In this document: positions 49,731 through 60,769 of the stretch, piece by piece
How positions within the stretch are numbered: position 1 is the stretch's first letter
How the letters are laid out: every line of letters starts with the position of its first letter
Source of the DNA: a bacterium
GTDB taxonomy: Bacteria; UBA8248
Length of the DNA stretch: 64,000 nucleotides
NCBI GenBank assembly: GCA_965221165.1
Contig: CBDCRP010000003.1
Coordinates: forward strand, 800,001-864,000
Direction: 5' to 3'
The notes under the pieces: generated by a model
The model's database searches: none
Seen by the model: the letters and a program-made list of their open reading frames with translations, nothing else
What the model was told of the DNA's origin: nothing
Program-made: the position numbers and the translations under genes

Positions 49731-50489
49731 CTAATTTCTCCGAGTCGTGAACTGCTCCTCGGTGAGACCAAATTTCCGCACCCGGGACTGGTAGGCGAGA
49801 ATGGCGTCTTCGAGTTCGCGTTCCCCGAATTCCGGCCATTTGATATCCGTAAAATAAAGTTCCGCATATGCCGCTTGCCAGAGAAGATAGTTGGAGAGCC
49901 TGAGTTCACCGCTGGTTCGAATCAAGAGGTCGAGTTTGGGCAAATCCGCCGTATACAGATGACGCTCGATGTCACCCTCATCGATTTCCTCGGGTTGAAG
50001 AACTCCCTTTTGAACTTCCCTGGATATGGCTCTCGCCGCGTCGGTGATCTCCCGGCGCGCGCCGTAACTCAGCGCCAAGGTCAGAGTCATCCCGTCCAGG
50101 TCTGCAGTCTGCTCCTTGACGCGCTGGATGACCTCCTGCGCGAACTGGGGCAAGTCCTCTTCGTGTCCGATGGTGTTGAAACGGATGCTCTCCCGGAGCA
50201 TCCTCTGAAGTTCGCGCTCGAGGTAATCCGCCAGAATATCCATGAGCGCATCTACTTCGTCTTTGGGTCGGTTCCAATTCTCGAGGGAAAAGCTGTACAG
50301 GGTGAGAGCCTTGATGCCGATGCGGCGCGCATGCGCCACCACTTTGTCGACAGACTTCACGCCCTCACGGTGACCTGCAACTCGGGGAAGAAAGCGTTGT
50401 TTGGCCCAGCGGCCGTTCCCATCCATTATGATGCCGATATGGTGGGGAAGGCGTTCGAGATCGATGCGTGGGTCGATGCGAGATTCCAT
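49731..50489 (-). CDS. uppS: Undecaprenyl diphosphate synthase
   Basis: IMDGNGRWA, FSLENWNRP and IRTSGELRLSNYLLWQ. Confidence 0.97.
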   Translation of the reverse strand: MESRIDPRIDLERLPHHIGIIMDGNGRWAKQRFLPRVAGHREGVKSVDKVVAHARRIGIKALTLYSFSLENWNRPKDEVDALMDILADYLERELQRMLRESIRFNTIGHEEDLPQFAQEVIQRVKEQTADLDGMTLTLALSYGARREITDAARAISREVQKGVLQPEEIDEGDIERHLYTADLPKLDLLIRTSGELRLSNYLLWQAAYAELYFTDIKWPEFGERELEDAILAYQSRVRKFGLTEEQFTTRRN

Positions 50490-50507
50490 GCGCGCTCCGG
50501 TGGAGAA

Positions 50508-51062
50508 CTAAACCTCGAGAATCTCTTTCTCTTTGGCTGAAAGCAAGTTGTCTAATTCGGACACGAACTGATCCGTCAGCTTTTGGACATCTCCCTGTCC
50601 TTTCCTGAGGTCGTCCTCCGTGATCTCTTTTTTCTTCTCGAGGTCTTTTATGCCATCGTTGCCGTCGCGCCGAATGTGGCGCAGCGCAACCTTGTGCTCT
50701 TCCGTCATCTTCTTGAGCAGCTTCACCATCTCCTTGCGACGCTCCTCCGTAAGCGCCGGCACCGGCACGCGGATGATTTTTCCGTCATTCGATGGGTTCA
50801 AGCCCAACTCCGCCGACTGAATCGCCTTTTCTATGTCGCCCAAGGAGTTGATATCGAAAGGCTGAACGATGATGAGCTGAGGTTCCGGTACGTTCAAGGT
50901 AGCAAGCTGATTCAGCGGCGTGGACGTTCCATAGTAGTCGACCATCACGCCACTGACGAGATTCGTAGAAGCGCGCCCGGTTCGCACGCGGGCGATTTCG
51001 GACTTGTATGACTCCACGGTGGATTGCATTTTTTTCTTTAACGCGGCGAGAACTTCATCCAT
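50508..51062 (-). CDS. frr: Ribosome recycling factor
   Basis: RTGRA, DYYG, LGLNP and LTEERRK. Confidence 0.97.
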   Translation of the reverse strand: MDEVLAALKKKMQSTVESYKSEIARVRTGRASTNLVSGVMVDYYGTSTPLNQLATLNVPEPQLIIVQPFDINSLGDIEKAIQSAELGLNPSNDGKIIRVPVPALTEERRKEMVKLLKKMTEEHKVALRHIRRDGNDGIKDLEKKKEITEDDLRKGQGDVQKLTDQFVSELDNLLSAKEKEILEV

Positions 51063-51172
51063 CGGCCATCTCTCCCTGTTGGAAGCCCAAAACCATTATT
51101 TCACGCCCTTCATCCCCCGCCCAAACCCTTCACCGCGCGCCCTGAATCTCACCGAAGGCGACTCGCGTCGCA

Positions 51173-51901
51173 TCAATCCTTGGCGGCCTTCACCAAAGTT
51201 CCCACCTGCTTACCCTCCACGACGCGGCGAATGTTGCCGGGTTTCAGAAGGTTAAAAACAATAATGGGCAAATTATTGTCCATGCACAAGCTGACGGCGG
51301 TGGTGTCCATGACGGCGAGTTGGCGATTGAGCACCTCGATATAAGTCAATTCATCGATGAACTCGGCCGTATAGTCCTGATTGGGATCGGCGGAGAAAAC
51401 GCCATCAACGTTCGTGGCTTTGAGTATGCACTCGGCGCCCACTTCTATGGCCCTGAGGCTCGCGGTGGTATCCGTCGTGAAGTAGGGGTTCCCGGTGCCG
51501 CCGGCGAAAATGACGACCCGGCCTTTTTCCATATGGCGCACCGCACGCCTTCTGATGTAGGGCTCGCACAACTCGGCCATGTGGATGGCGCTCTGGACGC
51601 GGGTGGCGAGGTTCACTTTTTCAAGCGCGTGTTGGAGAGCCAGAGCGTTGATGACCGTGCCGAGCATCCCCATGTAATCGGCGTTGGTTCGCTCCATACC
51701 GGCGGCGGCGGCGGCAGCGCCCCGGAAGATGTTCCCGCCACCTACGACGATGGCGATTTCAACTCCCATCCGGTGGATTTCGTCGATTTCTTGCGCGATA
51801 TCGTCAACGACGTTATGGTCGATGCCGTATTTGAGATCTCCCCCCAGGGCTTCGCCTGAGAGTTTGAGCAAAATCCTCTTGAATCGCAGGTCGCCGCGCA
51901 T
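51173..51901 (-). CDS. pyrH: UMP kinase
   Basis: [15 protein letters not shown] and [10 protein letters not shown]; start could be 51907. Confidence 0.96.
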   Translation of the reverse strand: MRGDLRFKRILLKLSGEALGGDLKYGIDHNVVDDIAQEIDEIHRMGVEIAIVVGGGNIFRGAAAAAAGMERTNADYMGMLGTVINALALQHALEKVNLATRVQSAIHMAELCEPYIRRRAVRHMEKGRVVIFAGGTGNPYFTTDTTASLRAIEVGAECILKATNVDGVFSADPNQDYTAEFIDELTYIEVLNRQLAVMDTTAVSLCMDNNLPIIVFNLLKPGNIRRVVEGKQVGTLVKAAKD

Positions 51902-51963
51902 GGACATCCCCAAAAATTTCAAGCCAATGACAACGGGCGGTGCGAATGATTCGTTAGAAGGAC

Positions 51964-52833
51964 CTACCCTTCATTCGACGCGGAAAGCTCACCGAGTTGA
52001 AAGCGAGCCCAGGAAGAAACCCGAATTTCCTCACCCAACTCCGCGCTCCTGTCTTTGAGATACGCCTGAACCGTCTTGTCGGTATCCTTGACGAATAGCT
52101 GATCGAGCAGGCAAATCTCTTTTTTATATTTGTTGATGCGTCCTTCGACGATTTTCTCCAGAATATTCTCCGGCTTACCGGAATCTTTCTGCTGGGCGAG
52201 GAGAATCTCGCGCTCACTCTGAAGGACCACCTCCGGTATCTGATCCTCAGAGAGAAACTGCGGGCTGCTCGCCGCAATGTGCATCGCCAGATCGTGCGCG
52301 GTTCCCGCGAATGCGGAATCACTCGCTTTCTCTGGTGCTTCGCATCTCAAGTCAAGCAAAACGCCGATGCGACCGCCTGGATGAATATAGGAAACCACTT
52401 TGCCCGCGTCGCCGTCTTCCAACGAGAGGCGCTGCCCGCGGGCGACAATGATGTTCTCGCCCAATTTGGCGATGGCCTCCGTCGTCACCTCTTTCAGCGC
52501 TCCGGAGAGACCATCTCCTCCATTGTCCTTTGCATGGTTCGCGACGGTTTCGAGAAGCGACTGAAAATCCTCCGTGCGGGCCACGAAATCGGTCTCGCAA
52601 TTCACCTCGACGATGACGCCCATACGGCCGCCCTCCCCGAGAGAAGCATATACCTGGCCCTCGCTCGCCGCGCGCCCCGCTTTTTTGGCGGCGCTGGAAA
52701 GCCCTTTTTCCCGCAAATAGCGCACCGCTTCTTCAAAATCTCCCTCGTTCTCCTTGAGGGCTTCCTTGCAATCCATTATACCCGCACCTGTGCGGGTTCT
52801 TAACTCCTTGACCATCTGAGCAGTCACTTCCAT
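51964..52833 (-). CDS. tsf: Elongation factor Ts
   Basis: [16 protein letters not shown] and [10 protein letters not shown]. Confidence 0.97.
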   Translation of the reverse strand: MEVTAQMVKELRTRTGAGIMDCKEALKENEGDFEEAVRYLREKGLSSAAKKAGRAASEGQVYASLGEGGRMGVIVEVNCETDFVARTEDFQSLLETVANHAKDNGGDGLSGALKEVTTEAIAKLGENIIVARGQRLSLEDGDAGKVVSYIHPGGRIGVLLDLRCEAPEKASDSAFAGTAHDLAMHIAASSPQFLSEDQIPEVVLQSEREILLAQQKDSGKPENILEKIVEGRINKYKKEICLLDQLFVKDTDKTVQAYLKDRSAELGEEIRVSSWARFQLGELSASNEG

Positions 52834-52894
52834 GCCCTGAACCTCTCCTCATGCAATCCGGCTGTCGATGAAAAAGTAATGGTTGTCCTTCTGC

Positions 52895-53683
52895 CTATGT
52901 TTTATCGCCGCTTGCCGTGGCCGCCGCAGCCATCATCTCCGCCGCCACCGCATCACCCGATGCGACGACGGCTTCGACGTCCTCGGCCTCAGTCTCCTTG
53001 CGCACGGTGGCTCCCTCTGCGATGGCCTCCGCCACCCGTGATACGAAGAAGCGAATCGAGCGCAGGGCGTCGTCATTGCCCGGCAAGATATAATCCACCC
53101 CGTCGGGGTCGGAATTCGTGTCCACTACCGCGATGACGGGAATACCCAGTTTCCTGGCCTCGCGGATGGCGTTGTACTCATGTCCCGTATCGATGACGAA
53201 CATGGCCTGAGGCAATTTATCCATATGCTTGATGCCGCCGAGAAACTTCTCGAGCCGCGCCATGTCCTTCTCGCGCCTGACCGCCTCTTTTTTCGCCAAA
53301 AGCTCAAAGGTGCCGTCGTTCTTCATCGTCTCCAGATCGAGGAGGCGCGCGATGGAATTTTTTATCGTCGAGAAGTTCGTGAGCGTCCCGCCGAGCCAGC
53401 GCTGGGTGACGAAGGGCATTCCCACGTTGCGGGCCTCTTCCATCACGATTTCCTGGGCCTGTTGCTTCGTTCCCACGAAGAGCACCTTGCCGCCCTTCGC
53501 GGCGATGTCGCGAATCACCTCCCGAGCGGTGTTGAACAACTTGAGGGTTTTTTGAAGGTCGATGATGTAAATCCCGTTTCGCGCGCCGAAAATATAAGAG
53601 CGCATCTTGGGGTTCCATCGGATGGTCTGGTGCCCGAAATGGGCGCCTGCTTCCAGCAATTCGCGCAACGTAATCGGGTTCAC
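52895..53683 (-). CDS. rpsB: 30S ribosomal protein S2
   Basis: [19 protein letters not shown] and GNDDA. Confidence 0.98.
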   Translation of the reverse strand: MNPITLRELLEAGAHFGHQTIRWNPKMRSYIFGARNGIYIIDLQKTLKLFNTAREVIRDIAAKGGKVLFVGTKQQAQEIVMEEARNVGMPFVTQRWLGGTLTNFSTIKNSIARLLDLETMKNDGTFELLAKKEAVRREKDMARLEKFLGGIKHMDKLPQAMFVIDTGHEYNAIREARKLGIPVIAVVDTNSDPDGVDYILPGNDDALRSIRFFVSRVAEAIAEGATVRKETEAEDVEAVVASGDAVAAEMMAAAATASGDKT

Positions 53684-53879
53684 GGGAACTCTCCTTTTGC
53701 CCCGCCTTTCATCGAGGGGAGCTCTGCCAGCCTATTGGCGGATCAGGCCGAATTTTTAAGCATTTGATTTTATTTGAGTAATCTGCCGACCAACTCCGCC
53801 ACCACGGCGTCCGCCACCGCTCGGCGCATGGAATGTCTCATAAGAACACCGACGATTCAAGTCGCCGAATCAAAAGCGT

Positions 53880-55094
53880 TCAAGTCTTGTAATCCGCGTT
53901 GAACCGCACGTATTCCGCGCTCAAATCCGTCGTCCAGAAAACGGCCTCCGCATCACCGACTCCGAGTTCCAGTTCGAGGCCGTATTCGGGCTGCTTGAGC
54001 AGGGGAGCCAAGTCTTCGGCCCAGCCCGGGACGGGCGCGCCATCGCGCATCACCTGCACGTTCTCGATCGTGAGCGACATCTTTTCGGGCGCCAAGTCCG
54101 CGCCGCTGTAGCCGGCCGCCGCAAACATCCGGCCCCAGTTGGGCATCTCGCCATGAATCGCCGTCTTCACCAACAGGCTCTCGGAAACCGACTTCGCGGC
54201 CAGACGCGCCTGCTCCTCGCTGGCTGCGCCCGTAATTTTCACCTCCACCACCTTGTTCACCCCCTCGCCATCACGAACGATGGACAGAGCCAGTTCCTTG
54301 CATACCCGGTAAAGCCCCGCCTCGAACCGCTTCAGGGCTTCCGCCGACTCCACCGCCACGCCAGATGCGCCCGTGGCGGCCAGGATTACCGTGTCGTTCG
54401 TCGACGTGTCGCCGTCAATCGTCACGCAGTTGAACGTCTTGCGCACGACGGCGCGCAGGATAGTCTGGAGGTCGGCTTGCGAGCAGGCGGCGTCGGTGGC
54501 GATGTAGGCGAGCATGGTCGCCATGTCGGGGGCGATCATGCCGGCTCCCTTGGTAATGCCGCCGATGTGGAAAACGCTCTCATCCGCACGCACCCGGACG
54601 GCGTGCTCCTTGGGCCGTGTATCGGTCGTCATGATGCCCACCGCCGCCTCGTGCCCATTATCCGAGGAAAGGCCGGACATCAGGTTCGCGATTTGACCCT
54701 TCATGGCGTCCACCGGAAGCGGGGCGCCGATAAGCCCGGTGGAGGACATGGCGACTTGCGCTTCGGGGCAGTCGAGTGAATCTGCCACTTCTCCGCACAG
54801 GCTCACGGCGTCCTCATAACCTTGTCGGCCCGTGCAGGCGTTCGCGTTGCCGCTGTTGACGAGAAATGCCCGCAAAGGCGATTTCCCGACCCGCTCCCTG
54901 CACAGGGTGACAGGAGCGGCGCACATCTTGTTTTGGGTATACACGCCCGCGGCGGCGGCCGGGGGGTCAAAGGCAAGCAGCACCATATCGGGCTTGCCCG
55001 AGGGCTTGATGCCCGCCGTCACCGAAGCGGCCCTTACTCCCTCGGCAGCGCAGATGCCGCCATCAATCGCCTGTATGAATTCCTGTTCGCTCAC
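53880..55094 (-). CDS. argJ: Bifunctional ornithine acetyltransferase/N-acetylglutamate synthase
   Basis: NSGNANA, KGAGMIAPDMATML and DGDTSTND; GTG start overlapping the argC stop. Confidence 0.95.
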   Translation of the reverse strand: MSEQEFIQAIDGGICAAEGVRAASVTAGIKPSGKPDMVLLAFDPPAAAAGVYTQNKMCAAPVTLCRERVGKSPLRAFLVNSGNANACTGRQGYEDAVSLCGEVADSLDCPEAQVAMSSTGLIGAPLPVDAMKGQIANLMSGLSSDNGHEAAVGIMTTDTRPKEHAVRVRADESVFHIGGITKGAGMIAPDMATMLAYIATDAACSQADLQTILRAVVRKTFNCVTIDGDTSTNDTVILAATGASGVAVESAEALKRFEAGLYRVCKELALSIVRDGEGVNKVVEVKITGAASEEQARLAAKSVSESLLVKTAIHGEMPNWGRMFAAAGYSGADLAPEKMSLTIENVQVMRDGAPVPGWAEDLAPLLKQPEYGLELELGVGDAEAVFWTTDLSAEYVRFNADYKT

Positions 55095-56146
55095 ATCCAA
55101 AACCCCGGGTGAAGGAGACCTTGCGTCTCGGGAAGCCCCAGCATCAGATTCATGTTCTGAACCGCCGCTCCCGATGCGCCTTTTACCAGATTATCTATCG
55201 CCGCGACAACGATGAAGCGCGACGTCCGCTCATCATGCACCAAGCCGATGTCCACGTAATTCGAGCCGGCCACCTGCGTCACGTTGGGAAGCGCGCCCTC
55301 GTGCATCAGGCGGATGAACGGCTCATCCGCATAGGCGTCGCGCAGCGCCGCCCGAACCGCCGAAGCATCGGCGCCGCCCTCGCTCTCGGAGTAGATGGTC
55401 GAGAGAATGCCCCGTGTCATAGGCGCCAGATGCGGGGTGAAGGAAACCTGCACGACGTCGCCCAAGGCGGCGGACAATTCCTGCTCAATCTCGGGCGTAT
55501 GGCGATGATTCCCCACACCGTAGGCCTTGAAGCCCTCGTTCACCTCGCCGAACTGAAGACCCAAGTCCGCCTTTCTACCCGCTCCCGAAACGCCCGACTT
55601 CGCATCCACGATAATGGAGTTCGGCTTGATGAGCCTCGCCCTTAAAAGAGGAGAGAGGGCCAGAATCGCTCCCGTGGGATAGCAACCCGGGTTCGCGACG
55701 AGGCGCGCTTTTTTAATATCCTCGCGATAGAGTTCGGGTATGCCGTAAATGGCGTCCGCTATTCTTTCGGGCGAGGTATGCTTTGCCTTGTACCAGGCTT
55801 CATAGACACCAAAATCCCGCAAGCGGTAATCCGCGGAAAAATCCACCACCCGGTGACCGGCCTCCAGCAAGGAGGGCACGGTGTTCATCGCCACCCGATG
55901 GGGCAGGCAGCAGAATACGAGATCGGCTCCATCGCAGACGGAGAGCTCGAACTTCTCGAGCACCCCGCCGTGCACCGAAGCGAGGGCGGGAAACACCTCA
56001 TGCACCTTCTTGCCTGCATAGGTCTCGGACGTGAGGGACATCACCTCCACACCCCCGTGCGACCCGAGAAGCCTCAATAACTCAAAACCCGTGTATCCCG
56101 TGGCGCCCACCACGGCAATTTTCGGCATCTCCTTCTCCTTCAGCAT
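55091..56146 (-). CDS. argC: N-acetyl-gamma-glutamyl-phosphate reductase
   Basis: GATGYTG, ANPGCYPT, SGVSGAG and DNLVKGASG. Confidence 0.96.
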   Translation of the reverse strand: MLKEKEMPKIAVVGATGYTGFELLRLLGSHGGVEVMSLTSETYAGKKVHEVFPALASVHGGVLEKFELSVCDGADLVFCCLPHRVAMNTVPSLLEAGHRVVDFSADYRLRDFGVYEAWYKAKHTSPERIADAIYGIPELYREDIKKARLVANPGCYPTGAILALSPLLRARLIKPNSIIVDAKSGVSGAGRKADLGLQFGEVNEGFKAYGVGNHRHTPEIEQELSAALGDVVQVSFTPHLAPMTRGILSTIYSESEGGADASAVRAALRDAYADEPFIRLMHEGALPNVTQVAGSNYVDIGLVHDERTSRFIVVAAIDNLVKGASGAAVQNMNLMLGLPETQGLLHPGFWM

Positions 56147-56255
56147 CCTTTCGCTTCAGATCAAATCTTCATCAAAAGGGTATCTGTCACAATCCATTTT
56201 TTCGCACAAAAAAAGGAGCCGGCAAAGCCAGCCCCCGAATCGACCACCAGAGTGG

Positions 56256-56651
56256 TTAGCGTTTGGAGAACTGGAAGCTCTTGCGCGCGCCTTTCAAGCC
56301 GTATTTTTTGCGCTCTTTGACACGAGAGTCGCGCGTGATGAGGCCCGCTTTTTTCAGAATCGTCCGGAATGCGGGGTCCACGTCCAGCAGGGCCTTTGAA
56401 ATGCCGTGGCGAACGGCGCCCGCCTGGCCGGTGAGTCCCCCGCCCTTCACGGTAGCCCGCACGTCGTAGCTGCCCCAGGTCTCGGTCAATTCGAAGGGCT
56501 GCTTGATTACCATGAGCGAGGTGTCGCGGAGGAAATACTCGTCCGCCGGCGTGTTGTTGACCAGAATTCTGCCGTCGCCCGGCTCTATCCAGACGCGCGC
56601 GACGGCTGTTTTCCGTTTTCCCGTTGCGTAGTGCTTCGGTATCGTAGCCAT
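56256..56651 (-). CDS. rpsI: 30S ribosomal protein S9
   Basis: [20 protein letters not shown] and ERKKYG...QFSKR. Confidence 0.98.
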   Translation of the reverse strand: MATIPKHYATGKRKTAVARVWIEPGDGRILVNNTPADEYFLRDTSLMVIKQPFELTETWGSYDVRATVKGGGLTGQAGAVRHGISKALLDVDPAFRTILKKAGLITRDSRVKERKKYGLKGARKSFQFSKR

Positions 56652-56677
56652 ATCGATTTCAAAAACCTCTTGGAGTT

Positions 56678-57127
56678 TCAGTCAAACTGCACCGCTTCGG
56701 GGCATTGCGCCTCGTGCGGATGTTTATCGCCCGCGTATACTTTGAGTTTTTGCAGCAAGGAGCGCCCCAGCTTGTTTTTGGGCAACATTCCCCTCACGGC
56801 GTGTTCTATCACACGCTCGGGATGCGTTTCCAGCATGCGCTCCGCGCTCACCTCCTTGAGATGCCCCGGATAGCCGGAATGGCGGTAATACTTTTTCTCC
56901 GAAAGCTTTCGGCCCGTGAGTATGATGCGCTCCGCATTGATGATGACGACGTACTCGCCATTATCGACGTGCGGCGTCCAGTCCGGTTTGTGCTTCCCGC
57001 GCAGCAACGTAGCCACGCGCGTGGAAAGACGCCCCAGAGTCTGATCCTTCGCATCCACCAGCACCCAACCGCGCTGGGCGTTGGCCTTCTCTTTCGTGAG
57101 GCTGACTGTCTTGTGGTACATTCTCAT
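56678..57127 (-). CDS. rplM: 50S ribosomal protein L13
   Basis: LGRL...LRGKHKP..TPHVD.G, HSGYPG and GMLPKN; start 57127 or 57121. Confidence 0.97.
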   Translation of the reverse strand: MRMYHKTVSLTKEKANAQRGWVLVDAKDQTLGRLSTRVATLLRGKHKPDWTPHVDNGEYVVIINAERIILTGRKLSEKKYYRHSGYPGHLKEVSAERMLETHPERVIEHAVRGMLPKNKLGRSLLQKLKVYAGDKHPHEAQCPEAVQFD

Positions 57128-57339
57128 CGGCTCTCTTCTCTTCTGTGCGCAAAAACAATCTTCTCTCAAGAAGACGAAGGTGTAACTAAACCCCAGATGG
57201 CCGGACGATGTCAACCACCTCGGGCGGAATTTTCCGGGAAAGGGACCCATACGCGGACGCAGTGCGTATCTCATTGTTTTTTATGAATTTAAGACCCCGT
57301 GCCGACCCCAAGTGAAACCATCGGCCAAAGAAAGCCGCA

Positions 57340-58638
57340 TCACAGTTTGAACAAACGGCCGTTTTGCTCGAAATCCGCGAAGGCGTTGCGCGTATCCACG
57401 ATGCAATTCGCATGGGCGTGGATGCACTCTCTGTCCAATAATTCGTGATTCGCGAGCAGGACCACGCAGTCGTATTCACGCAGCGAATCGGCGCTGATGG
57501 GCCGGGATTGCGCTTTTACAGGATGCACTTCGATTTCCGGCACATAGGGATCCGAATAAAAAACGCTCGCCCCGAGGCGTTCGAGACCGCGCCAGACGTC
57601 GAGGGCAGGACTCTCCCGGATATCGGTGGCCTCCGCCTTGTACGTCACCCCTATCAGTAAGACCCTGGCTCCCTTGAGCGGCGTGCCCGTCTCGTTCAGG
57701 GCGTTGGACGTGAGTTCCACGACGAACTGCGGCATCGAATTGTTGACCTTCTCGGCCAGGTCGATGAACCTCGCCTCGAATCCCTCCTGTCGGGCCTTCC
57801 AGGACAAGTAGACGGGATCAACGGGGATGCAATGCCCGCCGAGGCCCGGCCCGGGATAAAAGGGCATGAAGCCGAAGGGCTTCGTCTTCGCCGCCTCAAT
57901 CACCTCCCACACGTCCACGTCGAGGGCATGGCACATTTTCGCCATCTCGTTCACCAGGGCGATGTTGACGCTGCGAAACGTATTTTCGAGCAACTTCACC
58001 ATCTCCGCGACCCGGGGCGAGGCGACCCGCACAATCTCCTCGACCCCGCCTTCATACAAAGCGCAAGCACAATCCGCACAGTTTTGCGTCACACCGCCCA
58101 CGACTTTCGGTATATTCCTCGTGGTGTATCGCTCGTTTCCGGGGTCTAGGCGCTCGGGCGAGAAGGCGAGGTAGAAATCCTCGCCCACCTCCCAGCCCTC
58201 TTCGGACAAAACGGGCAAAATGATTTCCTCGGTCGTCCCCGGATAGGTAGTGCTTTCGAGCACATAAAGCTGCCCTCGCCTGCGGTGATGCCTGATGCTC
58301 CCGATGGCGGACTGCACGAAGGACAAATCCGGGTCTCCGGTCTTGCCCAATGGAGTGGGAACGCAAATGCTGATCGCGTCCACCGCCGCAAGCATCCCAT
58401 TGTCGGAGGTGAACTCGAGCCGATTCGTCCCCAGCCCCGCCGACACGCTTTCTGAGGAAACATCCGGAATGTAGCTCTTCCCTTTTTGCAGGTCACCAAT
58501 GCGGCCGGGGTTCGAATCCAGCCCGACGACCCGGTAGCCTGCGCGCACGAACTCCAGGGCGAGCGGGAGTCCGACGTACCCCAAACCCATCACACACGCG
58601 TGAACCTTCTTTTTCCGAATTTTCTCGATGAGTTGCAC
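57340..58638 (-). CDS. UDP-N-acetylhexosamine (nucleotide-sugar) dehydrogenase
   Basis: GLGYVGLP, CVPTP, ESTTYPG and GPGLGGHCIPVDP; GTG start with GGAGGG SD. Confidence 0.92.
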   Translation of the reverse strand: MQLIEKIRKKKVHACVMGLGYVGLPLALEFVRAGYRVVGLDSNPGRIGDLQKGKSYIPDVSSESVSAGLGTNRLEFTSDNGMLAAVDAISICVPTPLGKTGDPDLSFVQSAIGSIRHHRRRGQLYVLESTTYPGTTEEIILPVLSEEGWEVGEDFYLAFSPERLDPGNERYTTRNIPKVVGGVTQNCADCACALYEGGVEEIVRVASPRVAEMVKLLENTFRSVNIALVNEMAKMCHALDVDVWEVIEAAKTKPFGFMPFYPGPGLGGHCIPVDPVYLSWKARQEGFEARFIDLAEKVNNSMPQFVVELTSNALNETGTPLKGARVLLIGVTYKAEATDIRESPALDVWRGLERLGASVFYSDPYVPEIEVHPVKAQSRPISADSLREYDCVVLLANHELLDRECIHAHANCIVDTRNAFADFEQNGRLFKL

Positions 58639-58938
58639 AGACCCCTCCACAAGACAAACGTATGGGGGTCCTCTGAGAACGATCATTACATGGTTGGTGA
58701 CTCGCCGAATTCCTTTTGATCCATTCGCCTGGAAGGGAAACCAAAAGGATTTCCAGCGAACCGATCGTTCGCGGCCAACTCATGACGCGGAAAAGTACGT
58801 GAGATGCCGATAGTGCTCGCCGCGCCGATTGACATTCCTCCGGTGGCTGAACACTATAGAATATCGACGTGCATTTCTACAGCCTGGTTCGTTTCAATCG
58901 ACGGCCATCACGGCGTTTACACAACGGGGGACCCGAGC

Positions 58939-59907
58939 ATGAAATGGTTGACGGGACTGGCCGCGGGCCTGCTCCTCTGGACGGGCACTGCCCATGCGGC
59001 GGAAAAATGGAACATGCCGACGGCGTATGGGACCGCGAACTACCACACGCAAAACGCCAAGCTCTTCGCCAAGGCGGTGAACATATGCACTGAGGGGAAA
59101 CTCGATATCGTGGTGCATGGAGGCGGTTCCCTCATCAAGGGCGGCGAGATCAAACGCGCCGTGCAAACCGGCAAGGCTCCCATCGGCGAGCGCTTGCTGA
59201 GCGCGCACCAGAACGAGAACGCCCTCTTCGGGTTCGACTCCGTACCGCTGCTGGCCACGTCCTTCGAGGAGTCCGAGCGGCTTTGGCGGGCGGCCCGAAG
59301 CCGACTGGCGAAGATTCTCGCCGAGCAGAATCTCGTACTGCTCTACTCCGTCCCCTGGCCGCCGCAGGGGATGTATTTCAAACGCGCGGTCGGCGGCGTC
59401 GCCAACATGCGCGGGCTCAAGTTCCGCGCCTACAACGCCGCGACGGCGAGGCTGGCGGAACTCGCCGGAATGCCCTCGGTGCATGTTGAGGCGGCGGAAC
59501 TCAACCGGGCGCTGGCGAGCGGGGCGGTGGAGGCCTTCATCTCATCGAGCGCGACTGCCTACGACCTCAAACTCTGGAAACACGTGAGCCATTTCTACGA
59601 CACCCGGGCCTGGCTGCCGCGCAACTACGTGTTTGCGAACAAACGAGCTTTTGAAGCGCTCGACCCGCATGGGCGCAACTGCCTGCGCTCCTCGGCGCTG
59701 CTGGCGGAAGCGGCAGGAACCGCGCGGGTGCGCGAGTTGACCGGCTTTTATCTCAAACAACTCGTCGCCAACGGCATGAGCGTACAGAAGCCCGGGAAGC
59801 GCCTCGCCGCCGATCTCGCCAAAATCGGAGAAACCATGTCCGCCGAATGGACCAAAGCCGCAGGGGCCGGAGGCGCCGCGATCATCAAGGCCTTTAGGGG
59901 GAAGTAG
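58939..59907 (+). CDS. TRAP transporter substrate-binding protein (DctP family)
   Basis: Signal peptide ending AHA; PWPPQG and GLKFRAY motifs. Confidence 0.88.
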   Translation: MKWLTGLAAGLLLWTGTAHAAEKWNMPTAYGTANYHTQNAKLFAKAVNICTEGKLDIVVHGGGSLIKGGEIKRAVQTGKAPIGERLLSAHQNENALFGFDSVPLLATSFEESERLWRAARSRLAKILAEQNLVLLYSVPWPPQGMYFKRAVGGVANMRGLKFRAYNAATARLAELAGMPSVHVEAAELNRALASGAVEAFISSSATAYDLKLWKHVSHFYDTRAWLPRNYVFANKRAFEALDPHGRNCLRSSALLAEAAGTARVRELTGFYLKQLVANGMSVQKPGKRLAADLAKIGETMSAEWTKAAGAGGAAIIKAFRGK

Positions 59908-59967
59908 AGGTTCGGGAACCTTCTTCAATGAGGGGGCTTGGCCTTCAACATGGATTGCGAAACAGGG

Positions 59968-60012
59968 TTGACGTTTTCCTCCATTCCTCCGATAATTATC
60001 TTATGGAGGAAT
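59968..60012 (+). promoter_or_regulatory. vapBC promoter with an overlapping inverted repeat
   Basis: TTGACG-N17-GATAAT; inverted repeat ATTCCTCC (59983-59990) / GGAGGAAT (60005-60012). Confidence 0.65.
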
Positions 60013-60017
60013 AAGCG

Positions 60018-60272
60018 ATGCCACTGAACATCAAAGATGACGATACCCATGAGTTGGCAAAAAAACTCGCGAGCCTGACCGGAGAATCCATGGCCAAGGC
60101 CGTCAAGCGCGCCATACAGGAAAAGCTGGCGCAGGTGGAGAAGATGCGGGGCGGGACCCCGCTTGCCGATGAACTGGACCGCATCGCCTTGTATTGCGCC
60201 AAGCTGCCGAGACGTGACGAGCGAAGCAGCGAAGAGATCATCGGGTATGACGAAAGCGGCTTGCCCGCTTGA
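60018..60272 (+). CDS. vapB: Type II antitoxin VapB (Rv0623-like, ribbon-helix-helix)
   Basis: MPLNIKD...LAKKLASLTGES...IIGYDESGLP; overlaps the start of the PIN toxin gene. Confidence 0.88.
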   Translation: MPLNIKDDDTHELAKKLASLTGESMAKAVKRAIQEKLAQVEKMRGGTPLADELDRIALYCAKLPRRDERSSEEIIGYDESGLPA

Positions 60273-60691
60273 TGGTCATCGACACATCGGCGCTCATCGC
60301 CATCATGGGCGATGAACCCGAAAGGCGCGCCTTCAATGAACTAATTGAAAAGGCGGCGGTCACCTGCATCAGTGCCGCGAATCTGCTTGAAACCCGCATA
60401 ATTTTGTTTGCCCGATTCGATGATAGCGCGACCTTGGCATTGGACGCTTTTTTCCAGAAGAGCGGCACGACCATCATGGATGTGTCGCCTCGCATCGCCG
60501 ACATTGCTTTCGACGCTTACAGACGTTTTGGTAAGGGCACCGGCCACGGCGCCGCCTTGAACTATGGCGATTGCTTCTCCTATGCCTTGGCCAAGTATCT
60601 GGATGCACCGCTCCTGTTCAAGGGCGATGATTTCTCTCAGACGGACATCGTATCGGCCATGGACGAAGCGGCGAGAAAAGAAAAATCGTGA
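60269..60691 (+). CDS. vapC: Type II toxin VapC (PIN-domain ribonuclease)
   Basis: VIDTSALIAI, FGKG..H.AALNYGDCFSYALA and LLFKGDDF. Confidence 0.92.
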   Translation: MMVIDTSALIAIMGDEPERRAFNELIEKAAVTCISAANLLETRIILFARFDDSATLALDAFFQKSGTTIMDVSPRIADIAFDAYRRFGKGTGHGAALNYGDCFSYALAKYLDAPLLFKGDDFSQTDIVSAMDEAARKEKS

Positions 60692-60769
60692 GCGATTTTC
60701 ACTCAGGAAGCGTTGTTTGAAGAATCTCTCGTGATGTCCCCGCACCAGAAAGCGTGTGGGCGGACAACA

